From the NCBI GenBank assembly GCA_934086775.1, contig CAKOIJ010000001.1, forward strand, positions 4,141 through 68,140: a stretch of 64,000 bases of DNA, given 5' to 3'. Below, in pieces: positions 30,215 to 39,204 of the stretch (positions are counted from its first letter, which is position 1; each line of letters opens with the position of its first letter). The DNA comes from an uncultured Bacilli bacterium (GTDB lineage: Bacteria > Bacillota_I > Bacilli_A > RF39 > UBA660). The translations under genes and the position numbers were made by a program. Below the pieces are notes generated by a model, which worked only from the letters and a program-made list of their open reading frames with translations, did not search any database and had not been told where the DNA came from.

Positions 30215-31183
30215 CTATTTATTTATGCTTTTTTTAAATGCTTCATACATTTTATTTAAAGTACTATCTTTAATTTCAAAATTAGCTTCATCTCTCATAA
30301 TTATAAGAGTTTTTTGATAATAATTAGTATCCTCAGTTTTCTTTTTTTGTACAACTTTACTTACTAATCTATCTTTAATATTAGACATTTCTTCTTTATT
30401 TAAAGTTTCTGTTCTATAAATAACATGATAACCATATGTAGTTTGAACAGGAGTAGTACTATATTTACCATCTTTTAAAGCTCTAGCGGCTTTAGTAAAA
30501 CTTTCTTCATAAGAAGAATCAAATTCTACATTAAAACTTTCAGTAGTGATATCATTCTTATATTTAGTTTTAATCTTTTCCCAACTAGTACCTTTATCAA
30601 GTTCTTTAATAATCTTTTCTATTTTTGCTTTAGCTTGATCAGTAGTCATATTTTCACCTGTTTTAACTAGAATATGCTCTACTTTAAATGGTGCAAAATA
30701 ATTATCTTTATAATAAGATTCTACTTCTTTATCAGTTACATTTTTAATTAAATATTCTTCTACATATTTATTTCTCTTATAATCAAGTTCTAAATATTTA
30801 AGAAAATTTTCTTCTGTATCAAAATTATATTGTTTTAAAAATTCTTCTTTAGATAATTGATAATATGTTTCATAATTTTTATAATAATTTTCAGCAGTTT
30901 CTTTAATAGACTTATTGTCTTCTTCTGTTAAATTATATTTTTCATCTAATATAACTCTGTCAGTGAGTTCAATTAAGCCTTCTACTCCATACTTATTTCT
31001 TAAATTTTCATACATATTATCTGCAGTAATATTTGTTTTACCAACGGATGCTGCCACTTCTTCACCATTTTCTAGTTTAGCAATTCTTTTAGGCCATACT
31101 ACAAGTACAACTATGATTGTTAAAAGAATACCAACTAATAACCCTTTTAATTCTTTACTTCTTTTCTTTAAAATTTCTTTCAT
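30215..31183 (-). CDS. prsA: PrsA-like foldase / PpiC-type peptidyl-prolyl isomerase
   Basis: N-terminal membrane anchor, SurA_N-like region, parvulin motif …TTYGYHVIY…. Confidence 0.7.
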   Translation of the reverse strand: MKEILKKRSKELKGLLVGILLTIIVVLVVWPKRIAKLENGEEVAASVGKTNITADNMYENLRNKYGVEGLIELTDRVILDEKYNLTEEDNKSIKETAENYYKNYETYYQLSKEEFLKQYNFDTEENFLKYLELDYKRNKYVEEYLIKNVTDKEVESYYKDNYFAPFKVEHILVKTGENMTTDQAKAKIEKIIKELDKGTSWEKIKTKYKNDITTESFNVEFDSSYEESFTKAARALKDGKYSTTPVQTTYGYHVIYRTETLNKEEMSNIKDRLVSKVVQKKKTEDTNYYQKTLIIMRDEANFEIKDSTLNKMYEAFKKSINK

Positions 31184-31247
31184 TTATATTCCTCCTAAAC
31201 TCATTGTACTATATTTTTTATTATTTTACAAATTTTTCAGAAGATTT

Positions 31248-31847
31248 TCATCTATTTAACACTTTACTAACTGGATTAAATGATTTTCTATGGTATTTAC
31301 TTGCCCCATATTTTTCTAATGCTTCAATATGTTTTTTAGTTCCATACCCTTTATTATTCTTTAAATCATACATAGGATATTCTTCATCCATTTTAATTAG
31401 TAAATGATCTCTTGTAACTTTAGCTATAATACTAGCTGCTGCTATAGTTTCACTTAAAGCATCTCCTTTTATAATAGAAGTAGTAGGAATATCTATGTCA
31501 AGTTTCATTGCATCTATTAAAATATGCTCTGGTGCTACATCTAAATTACTGATGGCTTCTTTCATAGCAATTTTAGTTGCTTCGTAAATATTTACTTCAT
31601 CTATAACTTTCTCGCTTACTATTCCAAGGCCTATACTAAGTGCATTATCTTTTATAATAGTATATAGCTCTTCTCTTTTCTTTTCAGTTAATTTCTTACT
31701 ATCTTTTATATCCTTATGAAAGAAATTAACTGGTAAAATAACTGCACATGCCACTACTGGTCCTATTAAAGGACCTCTTCCCACTTCGTCAACACCTGCA
31801 ATTAATGTTTTCCCTTCTTTATATAGTTCATTTTCATATTCAAGCAT
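31248..31847 (-). CDS. rnhB: Ribonuclease HII (start taken at MLEYENELYK…)
   Basis: IAGVDEVGRGPLIGPVVACAVIL motif. Upstream extension in the track overlaps dxs. Confidence 0.85.
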   Translation of the reverse strand: MLEYENELYKEGKTLIAGVDEVGRGPLIGPVVACAVILPVNFFHKDIKDSKKLTEKKREELYTIIKDNALSIGLGIVSEKVIDEVNIYEATKIAMKEAISNLDVAPEHILIDAMKLDIDIPTTSIIKGDALSETIAAASIIAKVTRDHLLIKMDEEYPMYDLKNNKGYGTKKHIEALEKYGASKYHRKSFNPVSKVLNR

Positions 31848-33690
31848 TCTTTCCAACTTCTTTCTTAATTCTATTATATAACGAATCTTTATCAAGTGAA
31901 AGTTCTTTTAATAATTCTTCCCTATTACCTTGCATTACAAACTTATTCTCTATACCCATAATAATTATTTCTTTATTTGTCAAAGTTTTTAAATAACTTC
32001 CTAAAGAACCTACTTTCATACTTTCTTCATATACTATAATTTTTTTGTTCTTTTCAAGCACTTTATTAAAATAATCATAATCAATTGGTTTTAAAAATCT
32101 AGCATTAACTAGTTCTACATTAATATTTTCTCCTCTTAGTTTATTTACTACTTCTAGACTTTCATTAACAAAATCTCCATATGTTATAATTGTTAAATCC
32201 TTTCCACTTGTTATCTGTTCCCATGAACCTATCTCAATTTCTTTAGGTTTATCTTTTAAATATTTAACTTTCTTTTTAGAATATCTAATAAAAAAAGGAC
32301 TATTACTTTTAATAGCGGTTTTAAGTAAATTAGTTAATTCTATACTATCCTTAGGAGAAGTAATAATTAAATTAGGAAGTGGAAGTGAAAATGTTAGATC
32401 AAATACTCCCTGATGTGTCTCTCCATCTTCTCCTACTATACCACATCTATCTACCCCTATAATAACATGAGAATTCATCCTTGATATGTCGTGAACTATC
32501 ATGTCATATCCTCTTTGCATAAAGCTAGAATATATACTTACAAAAGGAATAATCTTATTTAAACTTAAACTGTTGGCTAGAATTAAAGCGTGTTCTTCTG
32601 CAATACCAGTATCAATAAACTGATTAGGAAATTTTTCTTTATATTTTGTTAATTTTGAACCAACTTCCATTGCTGGTGTAATAACCATTAATTCTTTTCT
32701 ATTTAATCTAACTAATGAATCACACATTATTTCACTATAACTTACTAAATCACTTTTACCTAGAAATTCTCCTGTTTTTTTATTAAATGCAGGTACTCCA
32801 TGCCAAAGTCCTTTCTTATCATTCTCAGTAAATTTATAGCCTTTTCCTTTTTCTGTTATAACATGAATTAAAACGGGTCCTTTTGCTTCTTTAGCCATTT
32901 TTAAATAACTTTCTAGTTCACAAAAGTCATGACCATTAATAGGGCCATAATAATCTATTCCAAACTCTTCAAAAAGATATCCTTCTTTTATATATAGTTT
33001 CTTAATACTTTCTTTTATTAAATGCATAAACTTAACTAAATATTTTCCTATAAAAGGAACTTTTATTAAAAACCTTTTAGTTCCATTCTTAGCTAAATCA
33101 TATCTTTTATTACTTCTTAATTTATCTAAATAATTATGGAGAGCGCCTACATTCTCACTAATACTCATATTATTATCGTTCAAGATAATGATCATTTTAG
33201 ATTTGACTTCTCCAATATGATTTAATGCTTCATAGGAAAGTCCATTAGAAATAGAAGCATCTCCTATAACTGCTACTACATTATAATCTTCTTTATACTT
33301 ATCTCTTGCAATTGCAAAACCAAGTGCACTACTTAAACTAGTTGAAGAATGTCCTGCTTCATAACAGTCATAAACGCTTTCACTTCTCTTTTGAAAGCCA
33401 CTTAAACCATTTATTTTTCTTAAATTATCAAAATCTTTACTCCTACCAGTTAAAATCTTATGAGTATATGCTTGATGTCCTACATCAAATATAACTTTAT
33501 CCTTAGGTAAATTAAAAACTCTATCTATCATTATAGTTAACTCGACTACTCCTAGATTACTAGATAAATGGCCACCATTTTTAGATACTTTGTCTATAAT
33601 AAATTCTCTTATATCCTTAGCGAGGACTTCTAATTCTTTGTAACTCATCTTCTTTAAAAATTTGGGATCTTTTATATCATATAAATTCAT
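31840..33690 (-). CDS. dxs: 1-deoxy-D-xylulose-5-phosphate synthase
   Basis: 616 aa. TPP-binding GDGxxxxG-like (GDASISNGLSYEALN), transketolase-like domains. Confidence 0.9.
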   Translation of the reverse strand: MNLYDIKDPKFLKKMSYKELEVLAKDIREFIIDKVSKNGGHLSSNLGVVELTIMIDRVFNLPKDKVIFDVGHQAYTHKILTGRSKDFDNLRKINGLSGFQKRSESVYDCYEAGHSSTSLSSALGFAIARDKYKEDYNVVAVIGDASISNGLSYEALNHIGEVKSKMIIILNDNNMSISENVGALHNYLDKLRSNKRYDLAKNGTKRFLIKVPFIGKYLVKFMHLIKESIKKLYIKEGYLFEEFGIDYYGPINGHDFCELESYLKMAKEAKGPVLIHVITEKGKGYKFTENDKKGLWHGVPAFNKKTGEFLGKSDLVSYSEIMCDSLVRLNRKELMVITPAMEVGSKLTKYKEKFPNQFIDTGIAEEHALILANSLSLNKIIPFVSIYSSFMQRGYDMIVHDISRMNSHVIIGVDRCGIVGEDGETHQGVFDLTFSLPLPNLIITSPKDSIELTNLLKTAIKSNSPFFIRYSKKKVKYLKDKPKEIEIGSWEQITSGKDLTIITYGDFVNESLEVVNKLRGENINVELVNARFLKPIDYDYFNKVLEKNKKIIVYEESMKVGSLGSYLKTLTNKEIIIMGIENKFVMQGNREELLKELSLDKDSLYNRIKKEVGKNA

Positions 33691-33774
33691 TACTACACTC
33701 CAGTTATTAAATTATAGTTTATTTTTTTAATTTTATCAATATAAAAGACATTTAACCTTTACATAGATAAATAA

Positions 33775-33795
33775 AAGTGCAATTTCTTGCACTTT
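33775..33795 (-). terminator. Intrinsic terminator AAGTGCAA-TTTC-TTGCACTT for paralogue 2 (overlaps its stop codon)
   Basis: Hairpin followed by a U-rich run on the minus strand. Confidence 0.55.
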
Positions 33796-35320
33796 AATTA
33801 TAAACTATTTCGTATGGGTTTTCTGAACTTCCATCTCCCAAAGAATATAGGGCATCTATCTTAATACTGATAACTGGTCGAACAGCATTTTGAGTCCTAG
33901 AAGTATTATATACTAAAGCACCATTATATTCTTCTTTAGCTGGATAATAATTAATACGAGCAAGTGCCGCATAATAATGATGCTCAGAATCACTAAAAAA
34001 ATATCCGCCTGGGGAAATAGTCCACCATACTGTTTTTTTCGAAACAAACTCGCTTTTACTGTTCAAATTAAACCATAAGTATGAGTTCAATAAACTTGTT
34101 CCAGCTTTACCACCTGCATAAGCTATCTCATCAGCTGTCATTAGTCCTATTGGATATGTTAATTTTGCTTCACTATTACTTCCTGAAAATGCATCACTAC
34201 TATCTTCACAATTATATGTTGGATTTCCTGCTCTTAATCTTGTATATACATAGCAGTTAAAAGAACTACTGGCATTATAACTTGGTGCTTTTCTATCATT
34301 ACAATAGACTGCTTCTGTACTTATGTATTTTGTATAACTTGTTAAATTATTACTATACCAGTTATCTATATATGTTTTTATAGTACTATTATTTTCATTT
34401 GTTCTATTGCTTTCAAGACTTCCACTTGTTCCATACATGTATCCCACATACATTGGGTCATCATATGTACTATTGAATGCGCTTTTTCCTATATAACCCT
34501 GAGTTGTATCAGGACTTGTTCCTACATAAAGCATTCTAATACTTCCGTCTGCATTTGTTCTTATTATTCTCCAGTAGTATCCTCCAAATTTAACCCAGTT
34601 GTTAGTAGCATTTCCTGCAAAGTAATACACTATTTCAGGTGTACTTCCTGCTATACTTTCAGTACTTGTATAAAGCGTTCCTGTATTAGTAGAATTAAAT
34701 GTATTTGAAAAGTCACTTCTTACTCCTCTTACTGGATTATCTTCTAGTAATTTATACCCAAGTGTTCCTTCTTTATAATCTCCGTGTAATTTTATTTCAT
34801 TATTATCTATATATAGTGTTCCGGATAGCTCTTTTCCCATATCTATATTTTGATTTTCAGTTTCACTATTTAAATATCTAAACTCTACATTATATGTATG
34901 AGTTTTATTCTTTTCTATATTTATATTATATCCTAGTGTCATATCTGTACTTATACTGCTTTTAGGTACATCTTTGAAGTCACTCATATTGTATCCACCA
35001 TCAGTACTAGTTATTTTATATTGTAAGTATCCTGTTGTTACAAAAGTATTTATTAAATCTTTTATAACTATGTTATATTTATAAGTACCATTACTTTGAT
35101 TTTTAACTGTAAAAGTATTTACTCCGCTACTCCAACCTGGTTCTATTTCTGAACCTGCTATTGTACCACTTCCACTAGCAAAAACTATTTTTAACTCTGC
35201 ACTAGATGTAGATACATTAGAGTTTTTACTATTAATAGTTGTACTAAAATATGCTATTGATACTGATAGTACTACTACTAATAAACTTCCTAATATAATT
35301 AATAATTCTCTCTTTTTCAT
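33794..35320 (-). CDS. Secreted TasA/camelysin (M73)-like protein with SipW-cognate-type signal motif (…SIAYFST…), paralogue 2, 508 aa
   Basis: N-terminus MKKRELLIILGSLLVVVLSVSIAYFS. Collinear similarity to 27875..29380 over the full length. Confidence 0.55.
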   Translation of the reverse strand: MKKRELLIILGSLLVVVLSVSIAYFSTTINSKNSNVSTSSAELKIVFASGSGTIAGSEIEPGWSSGVNTFTVKNQSNGTYKYNIVIKDLINTFVTTGYLQYKITSTDGGYNMSDFKDVPKSSISTDMTLGYNINIEKNKTHTYNVEFRYLNSETENQNIDMGKELSGTLYIDNNEIKLHGDYKEGTLGYKLLEDNPVRGVRSDFSNTFNSTNTGTLYTSTESIAGSTPEIVYYFAGNATNNWVKFGGYYWRIIRTNADGSIRMLYVGTSPDTTQGYIGKSAFNSTYDDPMYVGYMYGTSGSLESNRTNENNSTIKTYIDNWYSNNLTSYTKYISTEAVYCNDRKAPSYNASSSFNCYVYTRLRAGNPTYNCEDSSDAFSGSNSEAKLTYPIGLMTADEIAYAGGKAGTSLLNSYLWFNLNSKSEFVSKKTVWWTISPGGYFFSDSEHHYYAALARINYYPAKEEYNGALVYNTSRTQNAVRPVISIKIDALYSLGDGSSENPYEIVYN

Positions 35321-35343
35321 AATGACTTCCTTTCTAACACGAA

Positions 35344-35372
35344 AAATAGATAGACTAAAAGTCTATCTATTT
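35344..35372 (-). terminator. Leader terminator/attenuator hairpin AAAUAGAUAGAC-UUUUA-GUCUAUCUAUUU followed by U5, upstream of the RBS of paralogue 2
   Basis: 12-bp inverted repeat. Stem-top sequence differs from copy 1 but pairing is preserved. Confidence 0.55.
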
Positions 35373-35461
35373 AATACACATGAAAAACTAGAGTTATTAG
35401 TTGTTAGTAATAACCCCCCCCCCAAGTACTTTATTTTGTACAAATAGGTTGCTGTTTTTCA
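35363..35461 (-). CDS. Leader peptide uORF (32 aa, MKNSNLFVQNKVLGGGLLLTTNNSSFSCVLNR). Its stop lies inside the terminator 5' arm
   Basis: SD AAGGAGA upstream. G9 tract puts the frame one position off relative to copy 1. Confidence 0.45.
35414..35422 (-). repeat. Homopolymeric tract C9 (G9 on the coding strand) inside the leader uORF
   Basis: Seen directly. Confidence 0.9.
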
Positions 35462-35540
35462 TGTTCTTTGTCTCCTTTGTTTTTTTGAAATATATGTACC
35501 ACATTATGTACACTACATTTCTTATATTTTCTTACAATAA

Positions 35541-35597
35541 AATAATACCACAAAAAGTATTAGTTTACAAGTATTATTTTCTTATACTTTTTGTGGT
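35541..35597 (-). promoter_or_regulatory. Sigma-A-like promoter (TTGTAA-17-TATTAT, 35541..35569) embedded in palindrome TACCACAAAAAGTA…TACTTTTTGTGGTA (35545..35597)
   Basis: Sequence identical to the copy-1 promoter/palindrome. Confidence 0.45.
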
Positions 35598-35868
35598 ACT
35601 AATGCGTAGCAATTTTTAAAATTGGTTTTAATAATAAAACTACTTATGATATAGTTCATAAGTTTTTCAAATGGGGGTCAATTAAAAATAAACACCAAAT
35701 CAACTTGATCTGGTGTTTATCAGCACAATACGGACTGAGTGAATACCTAACGAGCAAAAGCTAGGTAATACTCATTTTATTTGTCCTTTAATATTATATG
35801 AAGCATTTCTTCATGTATACATGATATCATTTGTATCAAATAATATCAAGTACTTTATATTGTGCTTA

Positions 35869-36312
35869 TTATTTTAGGATTTTATCTAATTCTTTTAACT
35901 GTGCTTTCATAATTAAATCTACTTTATTTTTATTATCTATTTTTTTAATTAATTCATCATATTTATCTATTTTATTACTAAATTCTTTGTCTTTAATTTT
36001 AATTTTCTTTTTAAAGTTATTACTTTGAACACCATATAAATTAATTAATTTGTCATATACTTCATCACTCTTAGTAATACCTATAAATACTTTAAAAAGT
36101 TCTTCTTCCTCTTTAACAATATAATTGTCATAATTTTTAGTTATTTTATTTACACTATCATAACTTTTATATGCACCGACTTGAAGTATATAGTAGTTTG
36201 GTATAGTCTCATTTTTACTTTTATATTTTTTAAATATTAAAAACGAAAATAAAGAAGTAATTAATATAATAATTAATAAATATTTTTTATTCATAGTAGT
36301 CACCTTTAACAT
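35869..36312 (-). CDS. SPOR-domain-like membrane-anchored protein (147 aa)
   Basis: N-terminal TM, then YYILQVGAYKSYDSVNKI…LFKVFIGI pattern typical of SPOR repeats. Confidence 0.45.
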   Translation of the reverse strand: MLKVTTMNKKYLLIIILITSLFSFLIFKKYKSKNETIPNYYILQVGAYKSYDSVNKITKNYDNYIVKEEEELFKVFIGITKSDEVYDKLINLYGVQSNNFKKKIKIKDKEFSNKIDKYDELIKKIDNKNKVDLIMKAQLKELDKILK

Positions 36313-36354
36313 GATTATAACCTATAAATAATAAAATATTTGTCAAAAAAAAAA

Positions 36355-36373
36355 CTGAAAAATTATTTTTCAG
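36355..36373 (-). terminator. Bidirectional intrinsic terminator A10-CTGAAAAATTATTTTTCAG-T7 after rpmF
   Basis: Perfect hairpin flanked by A and T runs. Confidence 0.6.
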
Positions 36374-36566
36374 TTTTTTTAATAACTTCTTTACCTTTGT
36401 AAAATCCACATTTTGTACAAGCACGATGTGGCATTAAAGCTTCACCACAATTAGGACATGTAACAACAGTTGGAGCTTCTTTCTTTAAATGAGTTCTTCT
36501 TGCTCTTTTAGCTGTTTTACTTGTTCTTCTTGCGGGTACTGCAAATAATTGTAAATCTAGTTTCAT
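36363..36566 (-). CDS. rpmF: 50S ribosomal protein L32
   Basis: [18 protein letters not shown]…CPNCGE…CTKCG motif (start position slightly uncertain). Confidence 0.85.
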   Translation of the reverse strand: MKLDLQLFAVPARRTSKTAKRARRTHLKKEAPTVVTCPNCGEALMPHRACTKCGFYKGKEVIKKTEK

Positions 36567-37051
36567 CTTTTTCCCTCCATATCTAACATACTACTTAGTT
36601 CACTAAAAGGAGAACTACTAGTACTTTCGTTTTCATCTAAGAGGCTCCATCCATTTCCTTCTTTTAAAAACTTGGCATCCTCTTTAACCACACGAAGTGG
36701 AACTTCCAATATAATATTTTCCCATACTATTCCAAAAATATCAAGAGAATTTTGAAAAAATATCTGTTTTTCGCCAGGAATTACATTTTCACTTATATTT
36801 TTATCTATGAAAATATTAATAGGATAATTTACTTCTTCTAAACTCCTAGCGCATACAAGAACCATATTTCCTTGTATTGTAAGTTCTAAATGATAAATGT
36901 CATCACTTACTCTAGTGATAGAACCCTTAGCATTAACTTTTTCTAATCTTTTAATACTAGTACCGTTTAAATCGTCATTAGTAAACTTTATATTTTCATC
37001 AAAATCTATTTTTTCTTTTGATTCATTTTTTAAAGGAGTAATATCTATCAT
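36563..37051 (-). CDS. yceD: YceD/DUF177 family protein (precedes rpmF)
   Basis: 162 aa, conserved pairing with rpmF, acidic C-terminus. Confidence 0.7.
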   Translation of the reverse strand: MIDITPLKNESKEKIDFDENIKFTNDDLNGTSIKRLEKVNAKGSITRVSDDIYHLELTIQGNMVLVCARSLEEVNYPINIFIDKNISENVIPGEKQIFFQNSLDIFGIVWENIILEVPLRVVKEDAKFLKEGNGWSLLDENESTSSSPFSELSSMLDMEGKR

Positions 37052-37158
37052 ATCTTATCCTTCCCTTCTCGAATATTATATCACACTTATACTTATTTTT
37101 AAATGATTTATTTGATTTAAATATAAAATTTTAGTAAAATAATACGTGGTGAAGCAAA

Positions 37159-38286
37159 GTGAAAGAAATAATTGGTATAGTTACTGAATATAATCCATTC
37201 CATAATGGACACTTATATCAAATAAATAAAATAAGAGAACTTTTTCCAGATAGCATAATAATAATTGCTATGAGTGGAAACTACACTATGAGGGGTGAAA
37301 TAAGTGTGATAGATAAATGGAATAAAACTAGACTTGCTTTAGAAAATGGTGTAGACATAGTTTTGGAAATACCTTTTCTATTTAGTAATGAGTCAAGTGA
37401 TACATTTAGTTTTGGTGCACTAAAGGTGTTAAATGAATTTAAAATAAATACTTTGGTTTTTGGTAGTGAAACAAATGATATAGAAAAACTTAAAAAAGCA
37501 AGTAGTGTTCAAATAAATAATAAGGAATTTGATAGTTTAGTAAAGAAATATATGGATAAAGGATATAATTACCCTACTAGTTTAGGTAAAAGTATTTATG
37601 ACTTAACTAATGTAACAATAAAACATAGTAATGATATTTTAGCAGTGAGTTATATTAAAGAAATAATAAGGAATGGGTATAATATAGAACCATTTATAAT
37701 AAAAAGAACAAATCATTTTAAAAATAATGATCTATCTAGTAATATAATAAGTGCTTATGAAATAAGAAGTCTTTTAAAAGAAAAAAAGAATATAGATAAA
37801 TATGTACCAAGAAGTACTTTAAAGTACATAGAAAATATTGATTATAATAAGTTATTTTCTTTAATTAAATATAAAGTAATAAGTGAGAAAGACTTTCTTA
37901 GAAAATATCATTTAGTAAATGAAGGAATAGAAAATAGAATATATGAAGGGATTATAAAAACGAATAACTATGATGATTTAGTTAAATATATAACTAATAA
38001 GAGAGTTACTATTAATAAAGTTAATAGAATATTAATAAATATATTTACAGGTTTTACTAAAGAAATGAAATCAAATGATTTAAATTATATCAAAATACTT
38101 GGGATGACTAAAAAAGGTAAAGAATATTATTCTAGTATTAAAAAAGTGATAAATATTAAAGTAGTAAATAAGTTCGAAAAAGATATTATGGATAATGAAT
38201 TAAAAGTAACTTATTTATATAGTATTATTGCAAATAATGAGGAAATATTTAATAAAGAAATAAAAGAACATACTATTATAGTTTAG
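37159..38286 (+). CDS. tmcAL: tRNA(Met) cytidine acetate ligase TmcAL (YlbM/UPF0348 nucleotidyltransferase)
   Basis: N-terminus IGIVTEYNPFHNGHLYQI (HxGH nucleotidyltransferase), 375 aa. Confidence 0.75.
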   Translation: MKEIIGIVTEYNPFHNGHLYQINKIRELFPDSIIIIAMSGNYTMRGEISVIDKWNKTRLALENGVDIVLEIPFLFSNESSDTFSFGALKVLNEFKINTLVFGSETNDIEKLKKASSVQINNKEFDSLVKKYMDKGYNYPTSLGKSIYDLTNVTIKHSNDILAVSYIKEIIRNGYNIEPFIIKRTNHFKNNDLSSNIISAYEIRSLLKEKKNIDKYVPRSTLKYIENIDYNKLFSLIKYKVISEKDFLRKYHLVNEGIENRIYEGIIKTNNYDDLVKYITNKRVTINKVNRILINIFTGFTKEMKSNDLNYIKILGMTKKGKEYYSSIKKVINIKVVNKFEKDIMDNELKVTYLYSIIANNEEIFNKEIKEHTIIV

Positions 38287-39142
38287 TATGTTCTTTTACT
38301 TTTTTAGGTTTAAAATTTACTGTTACATATCTGATGCAAAGATCACTTTTCTTTAAGTTATTCTTTATTTTCTTTTCTATTTTATATACATCTTTAAGTA
38401 AAGCTTCTTCATTATATAATAAATCTATAGTAGCTTCGTAATAATATCCATATTTTAAGAGTGTAATTCTTCTTATTTTAACATTGTTTTCATTAACAAT
38501 ATCTTTTACTTTATTAATAATATTTTCATCAAGTTCTCTTTCTCCTAGTATACTTTTAATATTTTCTATAAAAATACTTACACCTATTTTAATAGTAAAT
38601 AAAGCTATTAAAATTGATCCTATCATATCTGCATATATAAATACTTTTCTTTTACCTATCAAAGATAATAAAACAAATATAAAGGCTACAAATGAGTTAT
38701 ACATATCTACTTTGCTTTCATAAGCATTAGTTAAAATAATATTACTTTTAAGTTCTTTTCCTTTTCTTAATAAATATTTAGAAAGTAAATATTTAAAAAC
38801 AATAGTAAGAATTAAAATAATTAGACCGAATATATTAGTAACTTTATTTTTAGAACCAAATGAAGATATAATTATGCCTATTCCTAATGAAATAATAAAT
38901 ATACTCATTGCTATACTAGTTAAATATTCTACTCTTCCATGACCATAAGGATGATTTAAATCGGGTTTTTTATTAGATAGTTTACTTCCAATAATACCAA
39001 TAAAATCAGTAGAAGTATCACTTAAAGAGTGAACAGCATCTGAAAGAAGAGTTTTAGAGTTACTTATTATTCCTCCTATAAATTTAAAAGAAGTTAAAAT
39101 TATATTAATAATTAAACTTCTAAATAATACCTTACTTTGCAT
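38276..39142 (-). CDS. Cation diffusion facilitator family transporter (start taken at MQSKV…)
   Basis: 6 TM, HSLSD…HPYGHGRVE motifs. Upstream extension in the track overlaps a hairpin. Confidence 0.8.
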   Translation of the reverse strand: MQSKVLFRSLIINIILTSFKFIGGIISNSKTLLSDAVHSLSDTSTDFIGIIGSKLSNKKPDLNHPYGHGRVEYLTSIAMSIFIISLGIGIIISSFGSKNKVTNIFGLIILILTIVFKYLLSKYLLRKGKELKSNIILTNAYESKVDMYNSFVAFIFVLLSLIGKRKVFIYADMIGSILIALFTIKIGVSIFIENIKSILGERELDENIINKVKDIVNENNVKIRRITLLKYGYYYEATIDLLYNEEALLKDVYKIEKKIKNNLKKSDLCIRYVTVNFKPKKVKEHTKL

Positions 39143-39161
39143 AATTCCACCCCTTACAAAC

Positions 39162-39201
39162 CATTCCGAATTTTTCCTCATCTGCAAGAAAATTCGGAAT
39201 G
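39162..39201 (-). terminator. 14-bp perfect inverted repeat CATTCCGAATTTTC…GAAAATTCGGAATG immediately after the polA stop (candidate polA terminator)
   Basis: Seen directly. Weak U tail. Confidence 0.4.
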
Positions 39202-39204
39202 AGA

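Noticed and set aside
35401-35619. 72-aa plus ORF spanning the paralogue 2 leader
   Set aside because: It runs through the poly-C tract and promoter on the wrong strand. It is explained by the conserved leader elements instead.
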